A stretch of DNA of 64,000 nucleotides from Haliotis rubra (lineage: Eukaryota): the NCBI RefSeq assembly GCF_003918875.1, contig NW_025767040.1, positions 1 through 64,000 on the forward strand. The letters are read 5' to 3'. Below, one piece after another: positions 40,501 to 52,500 of this stretch (the first letter of the stretch is position 1; every line of letters begins with the position of its first letter). The notes under the pieces were generated by a model that was given only the letters and a program-made list of their open reading frames with translations, did no database searches and was not told the origin of the DNA. Both the position numbers and the translations under genes were made by a program.

Positions 40501-43500
40501 ATAACGGTAATGAATATACATTGTTCATTTATGTTATGACAAGCATCATACTGCTTGTATACCAATCAGGTTCCACGTTTGGAAATACATATGTTTAAAC
40601 CATGTGTAATGAATATATATTATTCATATATGTAATGAATATATATTGTTCATATATGTAATAAATATATATTGTTCCTATGTGTAATTAATATATATTG
40701 TTCATATGTGTAATTAATGAATATGTATTGTTCCTATATGTAATAAATATATATTGTTCATATGTGTAATTAATGAATATTTATTGTTTATATATGTAAT
40801 GAAAACATATTGTTCATAATGATACTTTTTGATATTTTCAGAATCGGAGCTATTAGCTCATGCCTGCAGCTCCACCCGCATGTTTTTTACAGAGTTCGGG
40901 AAGCAAGGTCCTTGTTCGTGCACGAACACACTTGAGGGCTTTGGTACATTATGATCAATTTAGTATAAAGTACAAATCTGTTTCCAGTAAGTACATTTCT
41001 TACAAGTATATGAAACGATTTATCCAGTTTGTCTGTTGGAGGCCTAACCCCGCACTCATCCGTACTCCATAGCGTGCAGTAACTGATCCAGTGATTGACA
41101 TCATGAGCAGCTGGAATTCGATGACATGTTTGAACCACGTCAGCGAACCTGACCTATTACAGAATCCGTTGCTGGGATTGGCAGTTATTATGATCATGCT
41201 TTGAAGGGTACACTTGTGTTATCACAACATAAATGAGGGTTAGTTGTTTCGCTCACATTTGTTTATGGTCATCGGCGATAAGATATCATACAATGACCTG
41301 TCCGAAGAGGAAGGTTTCGAACGAATTATCAGACAAGTCAACGAAGTGACTTACGGAGCACACAATTTCTGCTTGTAATCAACATCCAATCCGATTGCCT
41401 ATGCAATGAAACGAATCCAAGAAGGCCTCGCTGACTTGGTTGACATGTATGTCATCGGTTCCCAATTGCGCAGATTGATGCCCAGGCTGTTGATCACTGG
41501 GTTGTCTGGTGCAGACTAGATTATTTACAGACCGCAGCCAAATAGCTGGAAAATTGCTGAGTGTGGCGTAAAACTAGACTCACTCACTCACTCCAAGGAG
41601 GCGATTGGGTCTGAAATCTCGCCTTCCGGACAATGTTTACGAAAATGTAAATGTTTCCTGCCGAAAAGTTTTATTTACCCTGATCCAGACAGTGAATTTC
41701 AATTATTATCTGTGACGAATACACACTATTATACCACGTCCCTGTCATCGACTACACTAGACAATGCTTGCTATGGAACATATAACATATCTGGGATTAC
41801 ACTTTCTCAGTAAAGAACAGATTTTTGTACTTTTTGGGTCGACCCCGATACCGGAACTTGAACTCACGCTCTCAGGGTGAGGCACCTAGTCGCTAGCACA
41901 CAAGAACGTTATGTAACTCAGCGCATTTGATTGTATGGCCACTATTCATATACTATTCACACTTTGCTAAGGATCAAATCAGTATGTTTTCTGTATGTCA
42001 TTGCATCTTGTGGATCCCCTACCTGCTATTGACAGGTATTGTGTACTTGTCAATGACCCGTGACATGATTTGCAAAATGGTTAGTTGGTGCCATGAAAAT
42101 CATTTTTATGGTTACCCATGAATCAAGTGCATACGGTTAGCTGAAAGTGGCTGTTTTCCTGTTTTTGATATGTGTAACCATATCAGTATGTATCCAGGTT
42201 TTAAATGGATACAATTTCAAATCATAAATCTGCCTTTAAGTAAAGTTGCGAATTTGTGTGATCCTTAGCAAAGTGTGAGTAATATATTAATTTTGATGAT
42301 ATCATGTCACGAAAGTGCTGTTATTTACATCGTCCACATAGTTGTAGTTAAACGCCGTCCACAGCAGCATTCCATCTATATGACAACGGTCAGTATATAA
42401 TTGAGTCTGGGCCAGACCATCTAGTGATCAACATCCTGAGCATCCATCTACGCTACAGGGATACGATGACATGTCAACCAAGTCACCGTGCCTAACCACT
42501 GTATGAACACGAATACAACTTCAGTTACTACTATTCTAATTTACCAGATACAATATTCTAAACTTCTTAGTTCTTCTCCTATTAGATCATATGTGCAACT
42601 TGACAACGAGGGCGGGAGATGTTCCCAGGTACATCCTGTCCCCGGCTACCCAAATGATTACCTCAGGTAGGTTTTTATACATATATTTTTGTTTGAGATG
42701 TGATCTAGATTTAACCTACATTTGAAGTAAACTTAATTTCCTTTAAAAAATTATGTCAAAATATGCGGAATAGAACTTTTTAATACAGCTGAAGTCAATT
42801 CCGAAATGATGGTCGAATACATTTTCATTCTGGAAGATAACGCTCCAGATAATCAAGTTTGTATGTATACAGTAGATGTAGGTTGTTCGTAATACAACCC
42901 TATAAGAACTGTAAGAGCTTTGGCAGCTGAGTTTGTTGGTCAAAGTATCAATCAAAACTCGTTTCATGTCTAGAGATGTTGTGTGAAATGATCAAATGCA
43001 ATGAGTGAGTGAGGGAGTTTAGTTTTACGCCGTTTTTAGTAATATTCCAGCAATATCGCTGACGGGGACACCAGAAATGGGCTTTACACATCGTATCCAT
43101 GTGGGGAATTGAACCCGGGTCTTCGGCGTGACGAGCGAACGCTTTAACCAGTGGGCTATCCCCAACGCCCTCAACTACAATGAACAACGGCACCTTAAAA
43201 TTGAAAAACGCTGACAACATCTTCACCCTAAAGTTCTCCCGTGATAGTATTATTTTAAGATGTTTTTAATTAATGTGTTCTTCCTTTTGCAGTAATTTGA
43301 ATTGTGTCTGGGTCTTAACGGCAACGTCCAAGCACGTTATTGCCTTGGACATCTTGTACAACGTCTTTGATGAAAGCACTGACTGTGTGAACGATTTTGT
43401 CCAAGTCTACGACAGTAAGTACATATTTTATAAAGTTTTGGTGTGTGAAATTATAAAGTTAAAATTGATCAACAATGATTGATGCAATGTCATAATTACA

Positions 43501-46500
43501 TCAAAATGACTTGTATTTGCGACAAAACCCACACGCCATACACGTTTACAGACACACACACGCGCACACACGCACATACATACACACATACATGCACACA
43601 CATGTATGTCTAGAAAGTACAAATGTATCAATCATATATGACATAACATATTTCACATACACGATAAAGGTATGCGAATATTTAAACGAATATTTACAAG
43701 AAGTGGCTTAAACCTGATATATTTATTCCTGTCTGCAGTAAATAATGCCAATGAACCGTTAGGACCACTGTGCGGGGTCCACAAAGGCACACTAATCACG
43801 CGGCGATCCATTATGAGAGTTGTCTTCAAAACCAATGGCGTTGGCTCCGGGTCTGGGTTTCGACTGAAGTACAGGATGGTAGACTATGACGGTAAGCAGC
43901 ACGGATCTTTACCATGAAGTGGGATGTTTCGTTCGTGTGAAAACAAAAAGGACAACGCTCGTAGACTCTACTAGGCCCCATGGTCTTTTTCATCATTATT
44001 CAAGATCAATGATTTTCGAGATCCCAGGATGAGCTAATGCGTCTTGTGACATCATTGATTATATTACCAGAGAGCATCATTGTCCCCCGTCCCGAATCTT
44101 ATTAACCCGATATCTCATGAACTGTGTACCCAATGTCTTCAAATGTGGTGACAGCCTACACTGGCGGATTACACAGACACCAGTCGATTTTAGTGACCTT
44201 GACCTTAATTTCAAGGTCACCTCGACACTTTGACCACTTTTGAAGCTCTTGTTAACGCGATATCTCATGAACTGTTGTACCAAATGTCTTCAAATTTGGT
44301 GACAGCCTACATTGGTTGATTATCCAGACACCAGTCTATTTGGGTGACCTTGACCTTATTTTCAAGGTCGCCACGACACTTTGACCACTTTTGAAACTCT
44401 AGTTAACGCGATATCTCATAAAACATTGCACCCAATGTCTTCATTTATGTCGACAACCTATATTTGGGGATTGCCCAGACACCAGTTGCTTTGGGTGACC
44501 TTGACTTTATCTTCAAGGTCACCACGACACATTGACCACTTTTGAAACTCTTGTTAACGCGATATCTCATAAAACATTGCACCCAATGTCTTCATTTATG
44601 TCGACAGCCTACATTGGGTGATTATGCAGACACCAGTCATTTCAGGCATCTTGTATGTGACCAAGAAATAAAAAGTAGTAAATGTGTGATAAATATTCCA
44701 TTCTTTTGCGGCGGGGGACATTGCCATATCAGTGGCAAACACTTGTTTCGTGATGGTTCAGAAACTATTGTCTCTTTCTTCTTGTAAAACATTACCATTA
44801 ACGAATTCTAGACAATGGCAGATTACAAAAGTGTTAGCTCGATCTACGCACACGAAAACTGAACGACCTTGTTGAATCCCTCTATCTGCTCAGTGGTGAA
44901 CAGTACTAGTGTTGTCATATGGGTGTTACTGTTTGTCTACAGATTCCTACTTCACCACACAGACTCCATCAGCAACTGCACTTACAGCATCATCGACTCC
45001 ACAGAACCTTACGTCTCCCGGCTACCCTGTCCATTATTACAAGTAATGTTTAAGTCCTAATAACATGCTGGAATTTTAGTGGTCGTGATCTGTAAATGTC
45101 AATATTTGCTATTTCTGGCTCACCTGGCTGAAATGCAAGTGAACATTTCTCCCTTAAAAACTACTGGACCGATGAAGATAGCCGATTTCACTCCTTTTAA
45201 TTCAATTATGATGACACCCCAGTTTTTTTTAATTTTGAATTCGTTTTTCAATATGACTGCCAAGATATATTTTTCTGGAAGTTTATGTGGCTGAGTGGGT
45301 AAGACCCCAGGATATCTACGTGACTGAAGAAGTGTAATCCCAAACATAATATTACATTTGACAACGTATTAAACGGCATAGTTTATTCACAGCTTTCGAC
45401 CGAGGGAGCCGTGCCAATCTACCCTTTTTGAGGATTGCACAAAGTACTTGACTCAAAGTCTTTACTGAGAAAGTGTAAAACTCAACTCTTTGTTTGGGTA
45501 TATCTATTGAAGCTCTCCTCTAAATGAATCAGTGTCATTAAGAGATAAGAACACATATATTTATTATATTGTTTGCTTGGTTGTGATTTTGTTTCAGTAA
45601 CAAGTATTACATATGGACGGTAACTGCCAGATCGCCGACATGGCTTGTCCGAATTAAGGTCTTATCTTCCGACATGGATGCTTTCGATTCAGCCTGTCAT
45701 CGAGATTTTATCAGCGTCTATGACGGTATGAACAACATCCACATTAAGACTGATTTTGTAAATATTGTATAGTTTGATTATCATTTCACAGTGACTCTCC
45801 CGATTCTTTCTTTGTAATTATTCAGGGAGGGTGGGCTAGACTGGTGGTTAAAGCGTTGGCTCGTCACGCCGAAGCCCCGGGTTCGATTCCCCACATGGAT
45901 ACAATGTCTGAATCCCATTCTTGGTGTCCCGACCGCGATATTGCTGAAATATTGATAAAAGCGGAGTAAAACCATACTCACTCACTTCTAATTTTTCAGG
46001 TGTTTGGTTTGTGTATATTTGCTACCTCTGTGCAAAGAAATAATGCTTTCCACATTTCTTTTCCACATGTGAAATGACTATTTTACATGGCACAAAATGT
46101 CATAATAATTGATGAACGTCAGTATCGCTGTTATTGGTGTCCAAATGAGCTTTCTCAAGCCAACAAAGGGGACACTGTATACATTCATGGTGACATAATT
46201 CTACATCATCAACAGGGCCAACACCTTCCAGTCCACTGCTGATTCACATTTGCGACTCGATGACCCCAACGCTCCAGAGTACCGGGTCATCTCTGACGGT
46301 CACCTTTCAGACGGACTCAAATTCCGTTTATAAAGGTTTCCTAATGGAGTACTACGAAGTGCCAGGTAACAGCCCGAGTCTGTTATATTTTTTGTAAATG
46401 CGAAAGGTGGAATGACACTATAAATTATGTTTCTGTGAATGGTAATTGTTAAATGTTCAGAGTGTAGCTTCAGTTATATATCTGGTATCAAAGTTGTGTA

Positions 46501-49500
46501 TAACTTATACAGCTGTGACATAACTATTATATTTTTCTACTTGTTGGGACTTCAATTTTGCAGAAAGAAGAGACAAACAATGTTCATTGAATCTTCTTAA
46601 AGCATTATGTAATGGTGTTTTATTTAATTAATTTATACTTGTTGCACTTTTTCAGGAAACGCTGGCCTAACAACGCCCCCACCTACCGAGACAACACTAA
46701 CAGCCGACAGCAACCCAAGGAACTTAACGTCACCTGGATTCCCAGTCGCATATACTAAGTACGACAGCACTGTCTGGGACATCTGAAAATATCGATACCA
46801 ACATTACAGCTTGTGACATATTTGGTGAGTGAGTGAGTGAGAGAAATTAGTTTTACGCCACACTCAGCAATATTCCAGCTATATGGCGTAGGTCTGTAAA
46901 TAATCGAGTCTGGACCAGACAATCCAGTGATCACTAGCATGAGCAGAGAGAGAGAGAGAGAGAGAGAGAGACCCATACATACATACTAACATTTGTGTAG
47001 CTCAGCTGCTCATAGGCGCTTTGTTTTTCCCTCGATCACTGGATGTCAATCTCAACGGCGCGTCGTATTATCAATCTCAACTCCCTGGGGAACATACAAC
47101 TCAAATGGGTATAACAGCGCATTCAAGGCTTTTACACTTACATGGCCATCTGTGTCAGAATTAGTCCACTGAGTAAGTGAATGAACACATCTATCTGTTT
47201 GTCTGTCTGGGTCGTAAAATTAACTTTTTACTCTTAATAGATGATACTTACTAAACGTAAACTTTCCCGGATAATACTCTGTATCCATGTAACTTTTTTT
47301 AACGCCTTCGTGATAATCATGGCTATATTCGGCCAATGGGTCTAAACTTTTATACAACATTTTTCAAACACACCCATTTATCTCTTCATGTATAATGACG
47401 TAGTGACGAAGAGGCTATCTGGACCATCACGGCAGCCAATCACAGTCAAATAGTCCGAGTTCGAACTTTGCAGTTCCAATTACAAAACAGCGACGGTTGT
47501 ACGAAGGACTACCTCGCCTTCTATGACGGTGTGTACAAAAAGATACTTTAATGAGTTACACAATTTCTAATACACATTTTGATAAACTAGTCAGTTTGAA
47601 ATATACTATGCCAGAAAAGAAACGCATAGGTAAGAAATCTGTTGCAAAAATGTTGTATTTTCAAACATGTATAACTCGTCCACAAATAGACTTTAGTGCA
47701 TGGATTTTTACATCCGTTTAGAAGAAGGAAATTTTAGATAACGGAGACGTTGAGCGCGATGATGACGGCGTAGCACGGTCCCTAGCTCCTAGCTCTCAGT
47801 GCAATCTCTCTCTCAACCTGTTCCGTGCAGTTTGACCGGATATCATCCGAAGTCCAGGTACCCTGGCTGCTATGCTCTCACCTGTGGCAGTTCGATCACG
47901 CAAATGTAGTACCGGGATGTACCGATCTTGGGCTGAAGTGGTGACTCGAGGTCTGCCTGTACGGGGACGGTCATTTGTAATACCTGTTTGGTTTTAACGA
48001 GCTGCAAGCCGTGATATCGTGCTCAGATTAACATTCAGACGCCTGACAACAAAAGATTGGTTATGTGCAGCGTGCATTCTTTCAGTGTTGATGTTCCGTG
48101 TCGCAGCGTCAACTCCTTCAAAACGAATGCCGATTTCCGAAAGTAATCTGGATTTTTGCATGTCTTTGCTGCACAATTTCAACTGGAAGATGATTTTTGT
48201 TGCGTTGTGGCCATGCGTTTTTAATCCTTGTAAGAAATCTCATCAAAATCAATATTTTCAGGTAAAGTCGAATTTTTACTTGTGCAATCGTGCAAAATCA
48301 TGTTATCAACAGTTTTGTTACATATATTGACGATTGTTTGAGCACAATAGGTAAATAATAGATTTTTTTTAAATACACAATGCCTGTGCGTTTCTTTATG
48401 GGAATAATATATGTTACTAAAGGATTAATACCATGACATTTCAGCAGTTATGACTAAATGTTTTTTTAAAACAAAACTATAATCGAAATATAACATTTAA
48501 ATATAAAGTTCTCTTTGCAGGGAGCATTTTTTTAATGATGCTTGTACACAATTTACATGTGGCAATTTATTGGACTACTATATATTACAACCAGGTAGCA
48601 CTGTGAATGACCCTTTACTGAAGATTAAATGTTATCGGACAAGTGAAACGATTGACAGTACTGGTCCTTCCATTACGCTCAAGTTCTCCACTGACGACAG
48701 ATACGTCAGGGAAGGATTCCAGCTAGAGTATTACTCATTCACAGGTAAACAATGACAATGTATATTTGTGTATACTTAATATATAACAGCCTCCGTGGTG
48801 TAGTGGTTAGAGTGTCCGCCCGGAGAGCGGAAGGACTTGGGTTCGATCCCCGACCGCGTCATACCAAAAGACGTTAAAATATGGTGCTTGTTGGTCCCTG
48901 CCTGGCGCTCGGCATTAATGGGTACAACAAGGACTGGTAGGCTCGGAGTCAGTATACTGTGTCTGAGTGGGGTATTCCTGCTTCACTGCGGCATGGTATC
49001 TCGGTGGGATAGCACTATAAAACCAGTTTCAGTCTGGCTAGTACAAGCAGCCGCACATACACATACACACGCATGCACATCGTCATATGAGCGAAATACT
49101 CTCAAGCACGACGTTAAACCCAATTTCACCTTACCTCACCTCACTTAATATATAACTAACAAACCTTCTCAAAGGGAGATAGTCTGTGGTCACATTTTCA
49201 ATAATATTTTCAACACAACTGACTCGGATTATATGTTTTGTTTTACATTTTGTGTGTTTCTATATCTATATGTTTGTAAGCAGACATTTATGTATAAATA
49301 AAAGCGACAAAACCCTTTCCACATTCATAAGAAATCTCTGCAAAAAACTCCGAGTCGATTGTACTAATGTGATTATATCATGAGCATAGATTTGTTTTAG
49401 CAGTACTGCAGGTGTACGATGTTGTTTGTAAACAAATCGAGTCTGGAACAGTGAGTGAGTGAGTGAGTTGAGTTTTACGCCGCACTCAGCAATATTCCGG

Positions 49501-52500
49501 CTATATGGCGGCGGTCTGTAAATAATCGGATCTGGACCAGACAATCCAGGGGTCAAAAGCATGAACATCGATCTACGCCATTGGGATGCAATGACATGTG
49601 TCAACCCAGTCAGCGAGCCTGACCACCCGATCCCGTTAGTCGCCTCTTGCGACAAGCATGGGTTACTGAAGGTTCATTCTAACCCGGACCTTCACGGGTG
49701 AGTCTGGAACAGACAATATAAGATGTAACTTAAATTTATCTCCATGTCTGTATAAAGATATTATGCATTATTCTAGCATTTGCAATCTGTGTGTGTGAGA
49801 GAGAGACAGTGAGAGAGCGCTGTGTGTGTGTGTTACTATAGTGTTGGATTTATCATGATTGATGTGGCAGTTTGACGTAATGTCATCAATAATGTCAGAT
49901 CATCTAGAACAGGTTTCTTCTTCTATATTTTATAAATGCGACGGTTTAGTAAGCCATTGGTAGTTTGATCCTTCAAGATAAAACACGTATTAAATCAGCA
50001 CTTGCTTGATCTGCACATGAAGAACTAAAGATGTTTAAACCAAGTCAACCATATCCAACTCCTGACTCACTGACAGAGGAGACATAATGTACATCAATAT
50101 CCTTTGCAGAGCTTGAACCCAACGCTTGCAACGGAACTGTGACCGCCTCCAGCCGTGAGAAGTACCTGACAACACCAGGATACCCGGGAGTCTACTCCAA
50201 GTAAGTGAGACTGGTATAAAGCTGATTTCGGCAGTATTTGTCTTACATTACTGTGGGAGGAAAGACTTTAGTTATGAACGACTTTTTGTCAAATTGGTGA
50301 AGCGTGTGTGTGTGAGTGAGTTTGGTTTTACGCCGCTTTTAGCAATATTCCAGCAATATCACGGCGGTGGATACAAGAAATGGGCTTCACACATCGAACC
50401 CAAGTGGGGAATCGAACCCAGGGCTGAAATTTGGATTTTTAAATGAAAAGTATGAAGTTCTGGACGTAGCCCTGTCGCACACTTGATATAGAATCAAATA
50501 TCACAGTCTTACCAGAGTTATACAAGACAAATCTTATGGATAACAACTTCTTGATTTATTTTACACAACGTTTCGGGGCTAGTTCTTGCCCCTTCGTCAG
50601 GTGGATAATGATGATATTGAACAATACAGTATATCTATACATATTGATGTACAGGAAGCCAGATAAATAAATAAATATATACAAGCACAAGGGGGAAGGA
50701 GATATAATTAAGTATGTACAAACAATGCAGTGAGATGAAGGAGAAGAATACAATGATAGGGTATGTTTTTACAATAAGAACAAGAGTATGTTTACACATA
50801 TCATTATCCACCTGACGAAGGGGGCACCTTGGCTTCTGCCTAATTAACTTACATTCACTAATTCACATGATAATCCCACTCATCTCATTTTGTTATCCTC
50901 AGTTCATCATCATGTCATTGTAGCTCATCATGTAACTTTCTTTGATGCTTTGTTTCCCCACCCTTGTTATTGTTATCGCATTATCTTATCTTGTATATAA
51001 ACTGGTGTACCCCATCATTCCCCCATATGCTTGAAAACGTTATAAGAACCTATACCATAAAATTGTGTCATCTCTAAAAGATGTAAATATCCTTAAATCC
51101 GTCGCAATATTTATATATATATATATATTCCTGTTGGAGTTTTTTCCTCAAAGTTTTATATAGAATTCTGGCTGTAGAGGGGATATATCCAAAGACTTGA
51201 AACGAGCTAGATATGTTGAGTTTGAAATTTCATCATGCCATTTTTTGAGCACAGATATATCAGTTAAACGTTGCTTTAGTTGATAAATTAAACTATTTTC
51301 GTTTCCTACATCCTGGGAAAACCATACATGTCAGAATAAACAAGAAAACAGCCGACTCCTTATTTCCAATGGCCAATTTACTTTTCCTTTTTCATCTAAG
51401 ATTTTCAGCATTGAATAGGATTGATGAGTCTGTTCCAGTATTTGACAGCTTGTAGTTCTGTACATATGTATAATGGGTATATCGTCCAATTTTCTCCCAG
51501 AATTGTATCTTTTCTATACTTTCTTGATATTTAATTCCCCATATCTCAGACACATAGAGCAGTATTGGTTTAGTTTTACTCTCACATATGTGACAGGCAG
51601 ACATAAATGATAGTGATAGGTATTGTTTGAAGAGACTGTAGATGGGAATGACGGATTTTCCAGCTTGAGCGGAGAGACTCTTATATTAATTATAATATTA
51701 TATTTATTTGTTTTGTGCAAATTCACTTCAAGTCCTCATTTCTTACAAAAGGTTCATACATAATCAAGTTGCCGTTGTAATCTATTATAGTATATGAAAA
51801 AGTCACAACATCTTCTGCAAACAGAAGAAGTAACGGATCCTCAATAGCCGGTGAGACGAAAATTCCCATGGTTAGACGCAGAAAACATTTCACTCTCAAG
51901 TTTATTGATAAAGAAAATAAAGTACAAGGGTCTCAGACTACATCCCTGTCGAACTCCTGTGTTTGTTGTAAATAACGGGGTCTTTTCACAATTATTTTTG
52001 ACACATGATATGAATATATTTATAGTGTAGATCGACAGCCTTGGCTTCTGAACAAAACGATTTTTTTAGAATTTAGATGAATATAAATCAAGTTGACCTG
52101 GGTTTTTATGATTGTACATGGGTAAGAGTAGTTTTTATCATGATCAGGATATACGTATCCACAGAGGCGGAGATAACTAAGATACCAAAATTCGTATTAT
52201 TTACCGTTGGAGTGAAAATTCATGGTGGTTGGGAAATGGGGAAACACGAAGAAATCGGACAATGATCAGTAGAAATCTCCACTATCCTGACCTCAATAAC
52301 TGATAAAAATAGAAATGATAATAATAATACAATTACAGAGGCACAAGCTGGATTCAGACATGATTATTTAACAACAGACCATATTTTCACCCTGCAAGCT
52401 ATGGTTACTGAATATCTGTGAAAGAAAAATGGAAGGCTCTATTGCCTTTTTATAGACTTTTCCAAGGCATTCGACTCTATTAATCACAAATTACTTTTCA

